Of a DNA stretch of 41,948 bases, positions 1 to 9,376 are shown piece after piece. Each line of letters begins with the position of its first letter. Within the stretch, counting starts at the first letter, position 1. The notes under the pieces are model-generated. The model saw only the letters and a list, made by a program, of their open reading frames with translations. It made no database searches and was not told where the DNA came from. This stretch comes from a virus (taxonomy: Duplodnaviria; Caudoviricetes). The stretch lies in IMG/VR virus record IMGVR_UViG_3300005934_000010, positions 1-41,948 of that record; one strand, given 5' to 3'. The position numbers were made by a program, and so were the translations under genes.

Positions 1-483
1 TTGTGTATCATTTTCTTTACTAACACCAAGTACCATTGCACTAGGATATAAACATTCTGGATATCTCAAAGGGTCTTCATTTACAATCAACAAATCAGTA
101 TCTAAGTTTACAATTTTATCACTTACGTTTGTTAGCGGACTTGTTAGTCTGCCCTCATGCCCTGCATAACTTGTAAGAAGTATAATTAGTTTATTGTGTT
201 CTTTGTCTGACTTTTTCCAACACATAGTAAAGTCTTTACTTACATTTTCAAAAAGTTCTTCATTGTATGTGTATACAACATCTTTGTATGCGTCCCAACT
301 ACCTGTGTTGGCTCTACGCAGATAAGTGTCTACTACATCTTTTTTATATATTTTAGTATAGATATCGGAACTTGATAATGACTCTAAGTCTTTTATCTTT
401 TCATACACTAGTGTTTCATGTAAAAAGAAAAGGTCAGCTTCATTATTGAGGTCAATGTCCATACCACATACGTGTATTATCAT
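1..483 (-). CDS. Hypothetical protein, runs off the left edge of the window (MIIHVCGMDIDLNNEADLFFLHETLVYEK...)
   Basis: ATG at 483-481 lies directly after the radical SAM stop codon. The frame stays open to position 1 in my manual translation. Absent from the ORF track because the stop is outside the window. Confidence 0.75.
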   Translation of the reverse strand, partial: MIIHVCGMDIDLNNEADLFFLHETLVYEKIKDLESLSSSDIYTKIYKKDVVDTYLRRANTGSWDAYKDVVYTYNEELFENVSKDFTMCWKKSDKEHNKLIILLTSYAGHEGRLTSPLTNVSDKIVNLDTDLLIVNEDPLRYPECLYPSAMVLGVSKENDTQ

Positions 484-1422
484 TTAATATCCGCCTTCAT
501 TTTCTTTGGCATGTTCATAGAATGGTGCAAGTTTGAAATCTTGTGTTATCCTGCCTCTACGTTTACTTCCTGGATCTGGTATACCACCTTCGTTATCAGT
601 ATCCCAATTAGTTATTTTAACCCATCTTCCTCTGTTTAATAGTTTGTTACCTTCTCGTAGTGGAAATAAAATACTGTTCTTTTCACTGAACTTATTGTAG
701 TAAGGTACACCGTGAAAGCTCCAAATATAGTCCTCTGAGACATTAAACTGGTCTGCACATAGTTTGACTAGACCATCTAATTTTATGTTACCATCTTTGT
801 CTTTTTGGTATCTTCCAAGTTGACCAACATTTTTAATTCTCATCATTACATTTCTAATCTTTTCTTTATCGATAAGTTCTTTCAATCTTGCTGGCGCTTC
901 ATAATTAATCTCTGGAATAATAATAGTGCCAGTGTTTAAATTCATTTTTCTATCAACTATATTACGTAGTGCTTTTAATTTCTTTTTTGCACAACGCATT
1001 TCATCGATTTGTTCATACCAATCGTCATCATCTACACCATTCAAACTTAAAGTTACACTACGCAGTCCTGCTTGAATTAGCGAGTCTAAGTATTTTGCAT
1101 GTGATAATCTCAAACCATTTGTGACTAATGTACAAGCGTGTTTTCTTCCGTTTGTTCTGCCTTCATTGTAAACTGCACGAATAAATTCTGCACATTGAGG
1201 TGCGACAGTTGGTTCTGCACCAATGATACGTATAAACGCTCTGCCTCCTAATCTACTCATAAAGTCTTTAAACTTATCTAAGTCCATATCAGGTGGTTCT
1301 CTGTTAGGTATGTAACAGTTCTTACAAGTCATGTTACATTTGTGAGTAATATCTGCACAAATATCCACAAAGGTGTTGTCTTCTGGTTCTGTTATTGCAT
1401 AGTTAAAAAGTTTTACTGTCAT
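484..1422 (-). CDS. Radical SAM enzyme (MoaA/PqqE-like core)
   Basis: CxxxCxxC motif CNMTCKNC, GAEPT (GGEP-like), VTNG, LSLNG motifs. Confidence 0.9.
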   Translation of the reverse strand: MTVKLFNYAITEPEDNTFVDICADITHKCNMTCKNCYIPNREPPDMDLDKFKDFMSRLGGRAFIRIIGAEPTVAPQCAEFIRAVYNEGRTNGRKHACTLVTNGLRLSHAKYLDSLIQAGLRSVTLSLNGVDDDDWYEQIDEMRCAKKKLKALRNIVDRKMNLNTGTIIIPEINYEAPARLKELIDKEKIRNVMMRIKNVGQLGRYQKDKDGNIKLDGLVKLCADQFNVSEDYIWSFHGVPYYNKFSEKNSILFPLREGNKLLNRGRWVKITNWDTDNEGGIPDPGSKRRGRITQDFKLAPFYEHAKENEGGY

Positions 1423-1433
1423 TCATTCGCCTT

Positions 1434-1460
1434 AATAAATACTGTATAGACGTATTTATC
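1434..1460. promoter_or_regulatory. Pair of opposed late-promoter motifs serving the divergent genes on either side
   Basis: AATAAATAC at 1434-1442 (+) and GATAAATAC at 1460-1452 (-) form an inverted repeat in the intergenic gap. Confidence 0.65.
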
Positions 1461-1478
1461 GTCTCAGGAATAGCACAA

Positions 1479-2084
1479 ATGTTAGAGCATTTATATAAGT
1501 TTAACTACGATATTGATAGACAGCAATTAGTGAAAGAACATGACTTGATGAGTTCAAGTGATGAGACATCCTTACATACTGTCAATACAGAATTGTTAGA
1601 AAAAGTAAATGCTGGTAGAGATACAGGAGAAGATATATTTCCTACATATCATGATTTAAAAGATAAAAAGCAATGGGACAATATGAATACTTTAAAAGTT
1701 AGGTCGTTTGATGAGTATCAATTTCAGACTGATTATCCAGAGATGAAAAGACTGACAAATGATTTTGGTAATATTATAGGAAGTAAAGACATAACACCTT
1801 TCTTTGTATTGCAAGAAAAAGACTCAGATTTTCCATTTCATATAGATATGGGATTTCAATGTGCTATAAATATAATTATTAAAGGTGGGAACACCCCTAT
1901 ACTCTTTAGAGAAAATGATAATATACATGAGTATAATTATGAAAATGCATTGTTAAACATATGTAATATATTTCATAGTGTTCCTGTACAACAAGACGTA
2001 AATCGTATGTTACTAAAATTTAGAATAAAAGATGTATCATATTCAGATGCATCAAAAAGAATGATGGAGTACTTTGGTGAGTAA
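1479..2084 (+). CDS. 2OG-Fe(II) oxygenase/cupin-like protein
   Basis: HxD (FHID) plus distal His (FHSV); paralog of the next gene. Confidence 0.65.
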   Translation: MLEHLYKFNYDIDRQQLVKEHDLMSSSDETSLHTVNTELLEKVNAGRDTGEDIFPTYHDLKDKKQWDNMNTLKVRSFDEYQFQTDYPEMKRLTNDFGNIIGSKDITPFFVLQEKDSDFPFHIDMGFQCAINIIIKGGNTPILFRENDNIHEYNYENALLNICNIFHSVPVQQDVNRMLLKFRIKDVSYSDASKRMMEYFGE

Positions 2085-2643
2085 TTCAATATACAATATA
2101 GATTTTGATATAAACAAAGAAATGCTCATTGAAGAAAGTAAAGTTTGTGATTATGTTCCTATCAATCGTGTAACTCTGAGGCGTGTAAAGATGGGAAGTT
2201 ATGCAGAAACAAAAGGTAAGAAATTTTCTGATTTCTTAAATGAAGAGGATAAAGACTGGTGGTTAAAACAAGATACATGGCAGTCTAGTATGAACGCTGA
2301 TGCTGAAATGTTATTTAAGATGCCAGAGACAACAAGAATTCTTGCTTACTTTAAAAGCAAACTACAGACAGAGAATATTGAAGCAAACTTCTTCACTCAG
2401 AAACAAGGAACAAGCGTAAAGATGCATGTAGATGTTGGCACACCATGTGCTATAAATTTTATTATCAAAGGTGAAGAAACTCCTATCATATTTGAAGATG
2501 AAGGAACTTTCTTTTATAAAACTGCATTGCTAAATGTAAGTAAAAAACATATGGTACCAGAACAAGAAACAACTGATAGAATGCTTTTCAAGTTAAGAAT
2601 ATTAGACTTAAACTTTGATGAAGCAAAGGAAAGACTATGCTAA
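2074..2643 (+). CDS. 2OG-Fe(II) oxygenase/cupin-like protein (tandem paralog)
   Basis: MHVDVGTPCAINFIIKG...KHMVP...RMLFKLRI aligns by eye with the upstream gene; GTG start. Confidence 0.65.
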   Translation: MVSNSIYNIDFDINKEMLIEESKVCDYVPINRVTLRRVKMGSYAETKGKKFSDFLNEEDKDWWLKQDTWQSSMNADAEMLFKMPETTRILAYFKSKLQTENIEANFFTQKQGTSVKMHVDVGTPCAINFIIKGEETPIIFEDEGTFFYKTALLNVSKKHMVPEQETTDRMLFKLRILDLNFDEAKERLC

Positions 2644-3272
2644 ACAAAAGTCAAACATTTATATTATTACATCATATATCTTTGATTGTAGGTATAGCTA
2701 TATATGGCTTTCAGTGGCAGTGGGCTATTGTAGTGTTTCTGTTTGGTATGTTATGGGCTTGGCTAGTTGGACATAACATTATTCATTATTACTTTTCTCA
2801 TGGAAAATACAAAGACAGTTTAAAAAGTTACTTCTATACTTTTCTTTCTTTAACATCTGGATTAGGTTCACCAATATCTTTCAGTGCATCACACAGACAA
2901 CATCACAAATATTCAGATACAGAAAAGGATCCTCACTCTCCACATCATATAGGCTGGAAACGTGTTTACTTTCTGAATTGGGAACCACAAAATATAACAC
3001 CTAGACTGATTGCAGATTTTGCCAGAAGTAAGTTTCAAAAATGGGTACATAGACACTGGTACAAGCTACATATAGCAATAGTATTAGTAATTGCAATTAT
3101 AGACTTAAGACTGCTATTCTTTGCTTTGTCTCCGGGTGTTTTGTATAGTTTTCATAGTGCAAGTCTCACAAATACACTTTCTCATATTGGGGGAGTACAC
3201 AGAAACGTTCAGTTCCTTAAGCCTCTTGCTTGGTGGGGCTGGAATCACGCAGACCATCATAATTACAAATAA
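2637..3272 (+). CDS. Membrane fatty-acid desaturase (compact)
   Basis: Three His boxes (HYYFSH, HRQHH, HADHH), DPHSP motif and hydrophobic segments. Confidence 0.85.
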   Translation: MLNKSQTFILLHHISLIVGIAIYGFQWQWAIVVFLFGMLWAWLVGHNIIHYYFSHGKYKDSLKSYFYTFLSLTSGLGSPISFSASHRQHHKYSDTEKDPHSPHHIGWKRVYFLNWEPQNITPRLIADFARSKFQKWVHRHWYKLHIAIVLVIAIIDLRLLFFALSPGVLYSFHSASLTNTLSHIGGVHRNVQFLKPLAWWGWNHADHHNYK

Positions 3273-3275
3273 CTA

Positions 3276-3304
3276 TTGACTATCAGCATGTAATAATGTA
3301 TAAT
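3276..3304 (+). promoter_or_regulatory. sigma70-type promoter
   Basis: TTGACT-N17-TATAAT. Confidence 0.8.
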
Positions 3305-3328
3305 GGTAGAATAACTGGAGTAGAAGCC

Positions 3329-3634
3329 ATGGCTGAAATGTTAAGACACTCAAACGTCAAAGAGAGATTAGAAAGACTTAGAAAGTTAAGTGGTAAGGTC
3401 GAACATCTTAGACGTTTTCATAGTGACTTTGAAAACAAAGAATTTTTAAACTGGACATGTGTTTCTCATGAAAATATCAACTACGAAAAAGTTATGATAG
3501 AAGGTGCTGGACATATAACACAGTTAGTAGATTGGTGTAACAGTCATTTACAAGACCATTATGTTGCGTATCAAGGTAAGTTTTATTTTAAGAATGATAA
3601 TGATGCCGCATACTTTACAATGTATTGGAAATAG
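3329..3634 (+). CDS. Hypothetical protein
   Basis: ORF; start moved to 3329 because a GGAG Shine-Dalgarno precedes it and the longer start overlaps the promoter. Confidence 0.7.
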   Translation: MAEMLRHSNVKERLERLRKLSGKVEHLRRFHSDFENKEFLNWTCVSHENINYEKVMIEGAGHITQLVDWCNSHLQDHYVAYQGKFYFKNDNDAAYFTMYWK

Positions 3635-3642
3635 TGTATAAT
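3614..3642 (+). promoter_or_regulatory. sigma70-type promoter giving a leaderless mRNA for the mini-DnaE
   Basis: TTTACA-N17-TATAAT (extended TGn -10), ATG 6 nt after the -10 box. Confidence 0.7.
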
Positions 3643-3648
3643 AAAAGA

Positions 3649-4236
3649 ATGAAAGTACAAACTGATATAGATATTGATGTTATCGATAGAGATAGTGTGT
3701 TAACACATTTTCGACACATAACAGCAAGTATAAAAAAGAAGAATGAATATACAAAACATAACAGTGGTGTATATCTTCAACCTATTCCATATGATCCAGT
3801 CAGTGGTCTTGCAAGTATCGAATACAAAGAAGCAGAAGAACGAGGATACTTTAAGTTAGATTTTCTTAATAACAGTTTGTATGAAGGCGTAAAAGATGAA
3901 AAGCATTTAGATGAACTTATTGCAAAAGAACCTATTTGGGATTTACTACAACATGCAGATGTAGTTAAAAATCTTGCACATGTTCATAATCATTTAGATG
4001 TTTTAAAAGTCATGAAGCCTCAAAGTATTGAAGAATTAGCAGAAGTACTAGCAGTAATTCGACCTGCTAAGAGACATTTGCTTAATGAAAGTAAAGAAAC
4101 TATCAGTAAAGAAGTATGGAAGAAACCAGAAGATGATAGTTATTTCTTTAAGAAAGCACATGCGATTGCATATGCAGTTAGTATTGTAGTTCAGCTTAAT
4201 CTATTTTGCGAACAAGTTGAACAGAACGCCTCTTGA
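3649..4236 (+). CDS. Miniature DNA polymerase III alpha (DnaE, family C)-like catalytic core
   Basis: Collinear DnaE motifs TDIDID, KHNSGV, GYFKLDFL, IRP and FKKAHAIAYA in about 195 aa. Confidence 0.8.
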   Translation: MKVQTDIDIDVIDRDSVLTHFRHITASIKKKNEYTKHNSGVYLQPIPYDPVSGLASIEYKEAEERGYFKLDFLNNSLYEGVKDEKHLDELIAKEPIWDLLQHADVVKNLAHVHNHLDVLKVMKPQSIEELAEVLAVIRPAKRHLLNESKETISKEVWKKPEDDSYFFKKAHAIAYAVSIVVQLNLFCEQVEQNAS

Positions 4237-4585
4237 TACGTTTCTGAATAATATTTGATAAACTAGTTGCAGGTCCCCAAAGCACCTCAGTGTCTTTAGA
4301 GTTCATATTTAAAATCCAATTTTTATATTGACTTATTTGATTGCCAAGAAATAGATTTATAGGCATAAGTCTATTTGATTCCCACCACCATTGCTCACCA
4401 AGTTCTATGAATTTCTTTCTTAGTTCAGGTGTTGGTATTGCTTCAAAATTGTACATTGAAGTTATTACTTGGTCAGAGTTTATTATAATACCTAGATGCT
4501 CAGTAAACTCTTTTTTGTTCCCGTATCTCACGTATGAGAAGAACGGATAATTATCTTGCATCCATTGTTGTTTTTCATTGTCCAT
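4196..4585 (-). CDS. Hypothetical phage protein
   Basis: ORF; probable start MDNEKQQ 4 nt after the late motif AATAAATAC (4598-4590). Confidence 0.75.
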   Translation of the reverse strand: MDNEKQQWMQDNYPFFSYVRYGNKKEFTEHLGIIINSDQVITSMYNFEAIPTPELRKKFIELGEQWWWESNRLMPINLFLGNQISQYKNWILNMNSKDTEVLWGPATSLSNIIQKRIKRRSVQLVRKID

Positions 4586-4593
4586 CGTTGTAT

Positions 4594-5433
4594 TTATTCT
4601 CGCCAACTCCAGTCGTCCCAAAGGGCATCTTGATTATTCCAAATGTCTGTCACTTTTTCTAAAAATTCAAAATATTCTTTTGGAGGATTTGGTAAATTAT
4701 TTAATATGCTATATAGTTTGTACCATTTCATGTATATTGCTGTTGGTTTTAATTTAAAAAAATCATGTATTTTGTTATTAATCACATCATTGTGAGATAA
4801 TATATTACTATTACTTATCTTGAAAATTTCTGTTAGTTCTTTGTTTCTTCCTAATCTGAACATAACTCCCCTTACCAAAGCGTTGCGGCTACCGTCATGC
4901 AAACGATTTTTTACACTATCAAAGTACATAGACCAAGCCATGTCTTCTATTGTTGTATTAAAAATCCAATACACATCATTCCATTTGTGTCCAAATAATG
5001 TATCTAAGTATTTGTCTCGCTCATTGAAAATATCTTTTGCTCTATGTAGGTCATCATGGAGCAAATCATATGGATCATGGGTCACTTGTATATCTATATT
5101 TGAATTTAATATCTCACTATCAAATTCTTTGTGTTTAGTTTGTAACTTATATTCACGATTTATATAATGTTGCCAATTATTGTATAATTTTACATTATTT
5201 TCGTTTCTTTCTTTTGAGGAATAAGGCCATCTTAGAAGGTTCAATAAAACTGATATATCTTGATTTGGTATTACTTGCCCGTTTGATTCAATAGAAAACA
5301 GCCATTTGTCATCCAACATTAGTCTGTTTTCTTTTATATGTAAATTGTGTTCAGGATTTTTTAATATCCATAAACAACTTCTTACAAAATCTCCACCAGT
5401 ACATCCTTCATAGTTTATAAGAACCTTTTCCAT
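4594..5433 (-). CDS. Hypothetical protein, possibly a P-loop/sulfotransferase-like fold
   Basis: Probable start MEKVLINYEGCTGGDF at 5433; N-terminal strand followed by a Gly-rich loop. Fold call is tentative. Confidence 0.6.
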   Translation of the reverse strand: MEKVLINYEGCTGGDFVRSCLWILKNPEHNLHIKENRLMLDDKWLFSIESNGQVIPNQDISVLLNLLRWPYSSKERNENNVKLYNNWQHYINREYKLQTKHKEFDSEILNSNIDIQVTHDPYDLLHDDLHRAKDIFNERDKYLDTLFGHKWNDVYWIFNTTIEDMAWSMYFDSVKNRLHDGSRNALVRGVMFRLGRNKELTEIFKISNSNILSHNDVINNKIHDFFKLKPTAIYMKWYKLYSILNNLPNPPKEYFEFLEKVTDIWNNQDALWDDWSWRE

Positions 5434-5437
5434 AATA

Positions 5438-5453
5438 CTATTTAGATAAATAC
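5438..5453. promoter_or_regulatory. Overlapping back-to-back late promoters
   Basis: CTAAATAG (-, 5445-5438) and GATAAATAC (+, 5445-5453), each 4 nt before an ATG. Confidence 0.7.
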
Positions 5454-5457
5454 ATAT

Positions 5458-6258
5458 ATGATAAACTTCAATATGTATCAGTATGAAAGAGATATTGAAA
5501 TTGCTTGTGTCGATGGTGACAACACAAGCACTATGACAAGTTACCTGGGGAATATGCCAATGTATGATGGAACACATAAATTACATAAGGGTATAGATAA
5601 TACTCTTAGATTTAAAATAAAAGACACAGATAGAAAGCCTATCGATTTAACAAACAAAACTATTATATGGAAAATGTATGATAGAGAATCAAGAGAAAAC
5701 GTACTATTCAAATACCTTACTGTCACCAACGCATCCAAAGGTATGGCATCACTTACAATTCAAACGGCTGATACAATCATGCTTCCTCAGGGATTTTATC
5801 AGTTTGCAATGTACACTGTAGAAAATGGCGTAGAACAAATCATATACACTGATACGTATGATAATGCCAAAGGTGCAATCGAAGTAATTGATGATGTTTA
5901 CCCAGAGTTTGAACCATCGCAAGTATGCGAAAATTTCTTTAATGATGGTACTTACTTTATTTCTACTGCATTTAATGGATCTGGTGAAACATCAAAATCT
6001 AAATCAGTTCACACTATTGCTATGTATTTTGACAACTTCACAGGCACAGTTGAGATACAAGGTGACTTAAGTGACCAACCAAGTAGTTCTCATAGTGACT
6101 GGTTTTTGTTATCACCTGAGTTGTTTTCTAATCCAACAATCACTATCAATAATGAGACAGGTGTACAAGCATTTGTTCTTAAAGCAAATGTAAACTGGAT
6201 CAGAGTAAGATACACTGCGACAAGTGGTTCTATCAAAAAAGTCCTACTAAGAAACTAA
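5458..6258 (+). CDS. Probable virion structural protein (beta-rich, BppU/Ig-like N-terminal part)
   Basis: Late promoter; LRFKIKDTDRKPIDLT...GxY pattern typical of baseplate upper proteins. Confidence 0.55.
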   Translation: MINFNMYQYERDIEIACVDGDNTSTMTSYLGNMPMYDGTHKLHKGIDNTLRFKIKDTDRKPIDLTNKTIIWKMYDRESRENVLFKYLTVTNASKGMASLTIQTADTIMLPQGFYQFAMYTVENGVEQIIYTDTYDNAKGAIEVIDDVYPEFEPSQVCENFFNDGTYFISTAFNGSGETSKSKSVHTIAMYFDNFTGTVEIQGDLSDQPSSSHSDWFLLSPELFSNPTITINNETGVQAFVLKANVNWIRVRYTATSGSIKKVLLRN

Positions 6259-6266
6259 TATTACAC

Positions 6267-6295
6267 TTGACTTTCGGGCTGTAGTTTGCTATTAT
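6267..6295 (+). promoter_or_regulatory. sigma70-type promoter (leaderless primase mRNA)
   Basis: TTGACT-N17-TATTAT, ATG 6 nt downstream. Confidence 0.8.
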
Positions 6296-6301
6296 ACTAC
6301 T

Positions 6302-7303
6302 ATGGACCTTCAACAAGTAATATATACACATATACCTGGTAAGAATAAACAATCAAGTGGTGGTTGGACTAGTTTCAACTGTCCTTGTTGTGTCGAGGAA
6401 GGCGAACCTCGTTTAGACACCAGAATGCGTGGGGGTATTCGAAGTGACGGTGATTCCATATCATACCACTGTTTTAACTGTGGATTCACTGCAAGTCACC
6501 GAAATGGCAGAATACTTAACAAGAAGTTTTTAAAACTCATGCGTAATCTTAATGTTTCTGAAAGTGATATAAAGCGTTTACAGTTAGAAGCTATCCGTCA
6601 GAAAGAATTGTCTGAAGGTCCATCCCTATTCATTTCAAAGACACAAGTTACTAGGATACCTAGTTATCCTGATTGTGAATTGCCAGAAGGTGCAGAAGAT
6701 TTAGAAGTTATCTTAGCAAAAGATAATCCACCAGAAGGAGCCATCTTTGCAACAAAGTATTTGATAGACAGAGGAGTATTTGACCATATTGATAATGCGT
6801 ATTGGTCTCCTCATATGAATTTTAAGAATAGAGTTATATTTCCTTTCTATCAAGGTGATAGAATAGTTGGTTACACTGCACGTGATATTACAGGTAAGTC
6901 TGCATCAAAGTATATTACAAAGTCACCAAAAAAGTTTCTACATAATGCAGATAAGATTAAGACAAGTCATAAATACTTAATCGTATGTGAAGGTATAATA
7001 GATGCTATTGCATTGGATTGTATTGCGATTACAAGTAATGAGGCTTCACAAGACCAAGTTGATTATATCAATCAATTTAAAGGAGAGGTGATTGTTTGTC
7101 CCGACAGAGACAAAGCTGGAGAGAAGTTAATCAAACAAGCACAAGAAAATGGTTGGAGTGTATCTTTCCCAATGTGGGAAGATGATATAAAAGATGCCGC
7201 AGATGCAATTCAACGTTATGGCAAACTATATACTCTCAAAAGTATTATAGATGCACGTATAAGTAATAACACTAAGATTAGTGTAAAAATGAGAATAGGA
7301 TAA
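6302..7303 (+). CDS. DNA primase (Zn finger + TOPRIM; gp61/DnaG-like)
   Basis: CPCC...HCFNC zinc finger, VCEGIIDA, PDRDKAG and KDA TOPRIM motifs. Confidence 0.9.
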   Translation: MDLQQVIYTHIPGKNKQSSGGWTSFNCPCCVEEGEPRLDTRMRGGIRSDGDSISYHCFNCGFTASHRNGRILNKKFLKLMRNLNVSESDIKRLQLEAIRQKELSEGPSLFISKTQVTRIPSYPDCELPEGAEDLEVILAKDNPPEGAIFATKYLIDRGVFDHIDNAYWSPHMNFKNRVIFPFYQGDRIVGYTARDITGKSASKYITKSPKKFLHNADKIKTSHKYLIVCEGIIDAIALDCIAITSNEASQDQVDYINQFKGEVIVCPDRDKAGEKLIKQAQENGWSVSFPMWEDDIKDAADAIQRYGKLYTLKSIIDARISNNTKISVKMRIG

Positions 7304-7311
7304 AATAAAAC

Positions 7312-7950
7312 ATGAAAAACGATAAACCAATTATTCCACTACCAAAAGAACAACCCAAGCCACCGGCACCCCCACCCCCTCCGATGCCTCCGGCACCGCC
7401 TAAACAACCAGGTGAATATAGTAAAGATAATGGTATTCTTTTCATGGATAAAGAATTCAATCAAGACAACTGTATGCCTTTGGTAAAGATGATTATCGAA
7501 TATAATCTTATGCCAAAAGATAAAGCACCAGAAGTTATTCACTTGTATATCAATTCACCAGGTGGTTTCGTAGACAGTTGTATGCATTTAATTGATACAA
7601 TCAAACAATCACGTATTCCAGTTCATACATATGGTATGGGTTCTATCGCAAGTTGTGGAGTTATGTTGATGATGTCTGGCGTAAAAGGTCATCGTTATCT
7701 TACACAAAACACTGCGGTTATGTCACATGAGTTCTCAGGTGGTACAAAAGGACAATATCATGATATGGTAGAAAGCCGTAAACACATGGATTGGACTAAC
7801 GAAAAACTAATGGAACATTATATCAAATGCACAGGTAAAACGAAAACATATATTCGTAAGCATCTGTTAGCACCAAAAACAGACCATTGGTTAACTCCAG
7901 AAGAAGCTATCAAACACGGTATCGCTGATAAATTAATTACGACTTACTAA
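7312..7950 (+). CDS. clpP: ClpP protease proteolytic subunit with a Pro-rich N-terminus
   Basis: LYINSPGG, GSIASCG (Ser), MSHE (His), TDHWLTPEEAIKHGIAD (Asp). Confidence 0.9.
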   Translation: MKNDKPIIPLPKEQPKPPAPPPPPMPPAPPKQPGEYSKDNGILFMDKEFNQDNCMPLVKMIIEYNLMPKDKAPEVIHLYINSPGGFVDSCMHLIDTIKQSRIPVHTYGMGSIASCGVMLMMSGVKGHRYLTQNTAVMSHEFSGGTKGQYHDMVESRKHMDWTNEKLMEHYIKCTGKTKTYIRKHLLAPKTDHWLTPEEAIKHGIADKLITTY

Positions 7951-7960
7951 CAGTTTTCTA

Positions 7961-7989
7961 TTGACTCTTGCAAACAAATTTGCTATTAT
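7961..7989 (+). promoter_or_regulatory. sigma70-type promoter
   Basis: TTGACT-N17-TATTAT upstream of prs. Confidence 0.75.
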
Positions 7990-8021
7990 AACAGTAATAA
8001 CTGTAACATATAGGTGAGTCT

Positions 8022-8969
8022 ATGAAGATTATAGCTGGTAACAGTAACAGAGATTTAGCAGAAAAGATTGCTGAACACTGTTTTACTGATATTGTTCCGT
8101 CTGACATTAAAACTTTTGCAGATGGCGAATGTAGTGTAGAATTTTTTGATAACATCAGAGGTGAAGATGTTTTCATCATACAGAGTACAAGTTCACCAGT
8201 AAATGATAACTTAATGGAAATGATGGTTATGATTGATGCGGCTAAACGTAGTTCAGCCAAACGTATCACTGCCGTCATTCCTTATTTTGGTTATGCAAGA
8301 CAGGATCGTAAGAGTGCAAGTCGTACTCCTATTACTGCAAAACTTGTTGCTAACCTTATCACTAAGTCAGGTGCAGATAGAATCTTAACAATGGATTTAC
8401 ATGCTGGACAAATTCAAGGCTTTTTTGATATACCTGTTGATGATTTAACAAGTAGATTAGTATTTGCAAGAGATATCAAACGTCAAATCAATGTAGATGA
8501 AGAACCGATTGTATTTGTTTCTCCAGATGCTGGTGGCACAGTAAGAGCAAGAAAGTTTGCTGACATGTATCATGCCAATTATGCTATCGTTGACAAACGT
8601 AGACCAGAAGCTGGTAAGGCAGAAGTTATGAATCTAATTGGTGATGTTAAAGGCAAACATGCAATTCTTGTAGATGATATTGTAGATAGTGGCGGAACTC
8701 TTTGCAATGCGGCACAGGCAATTTTAGATGCTGGTGCGTTAAGTGTTAGAGCATATATTACACATGGTGTTCTAAGCGGTGAAGCATGTAAGAAAGTTGA
8801 AAAGAGTGCATTAGAAGAATTGGTTATCACAGACAGTATTGAATTTAAATGTCCTAATGATTGTAAAAAGACAAGAACAGTTTCAGTTTGCGGTTTGTTA
8901 GGCGAAGCAATCAGACGAGTTAATAATGAAGAAAGTGTTAGTAGTCTGTTTAAAGCGAAAGTACATTAA
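8022..8969 (+). CDS. prs: Ribose-phosphate pyrophosphokinase
   Basis: [35 protein letters not shown] and [10 protein letters not shown] motifs. Confidence 0.97.
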   Translation: MKIIAGNSNRDLAEKIAEHCFTDIVPSDIKTFADGECSVEFFDNIRGEDVFIIQSTSSPVNDNLMEMMVMIDAAKRSSAKRITAVIPYFGYARQDRKSASRTPITAKLVANLITKSGADRILTMDLHAGQIQGFFDIPVDDLTSRLVFARDIKRQINVDEEPIVFVSPDAGGTVRARKFADMYHANYAIVDKRRPEAGKAEVMNLIGDVKGKHAILVDDIVDSGGTLCNAAQAILDAGALSVRAYITHGVLSGEACKKVEKSALEELVITDSIEFKCPNDCKKTRTVSVCGLLGEAIRRVNNEESVSSLFKAKVH

Positions 8970-9376
8970 TGTCAAGAAAAAGATTAGATAAAAGTTTACA
9001 TTGGACAACTTTTTATAGTGAGAAGTTGTTACTTGCAGTTATTGGTGCATTAACAATGTTTGCCGCAGGCATGGATGTTTACGAAATGGTAATCAATATG
9101 CGTGTAGAACTAGGTGACTTATTCTTGTTATTCATCTATGCAGAGATTGTAGGTATGGTAGGAGCATTTTATATCAGTAACAGAATACCTGTTACACTGC
9201 CTATCATCATTGCAATGACGGCACTTTGTAGATTAATTGTATTGCATAGTAAAGACAGTGAACCTTGGATGCTCTTTGCAGAAGCAGGTGCTATTGCTAT
9301 ATTGGCAGGAGCCGCTTATGTTATGAGTCTAAAAGATAAACTTAGTCTTGAAAAGAAAGCAATCAGAAAGGAATAA
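8969..9376 (+). CDS. psiE: Phosphate-starvation-inducible PsiE family membrane protein
   Basis: Four hydrophobic segments with LLFIYAE and IPVTLPIIIAMTALCRLIV signatures. Confidence 0.8.
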   Translation: MSRKRLDKSLHWTTFYSEKLLLAVIGALTMFAAGMDVYEMVINMRVELGDLFLLFIYAEIVGMVGAFYISNRIPVTLPIIIAMTALCRLIVLHSKDSEPWMLFAEAGAIAILAGAAYVMSLKDKLSLEKKAIRKE

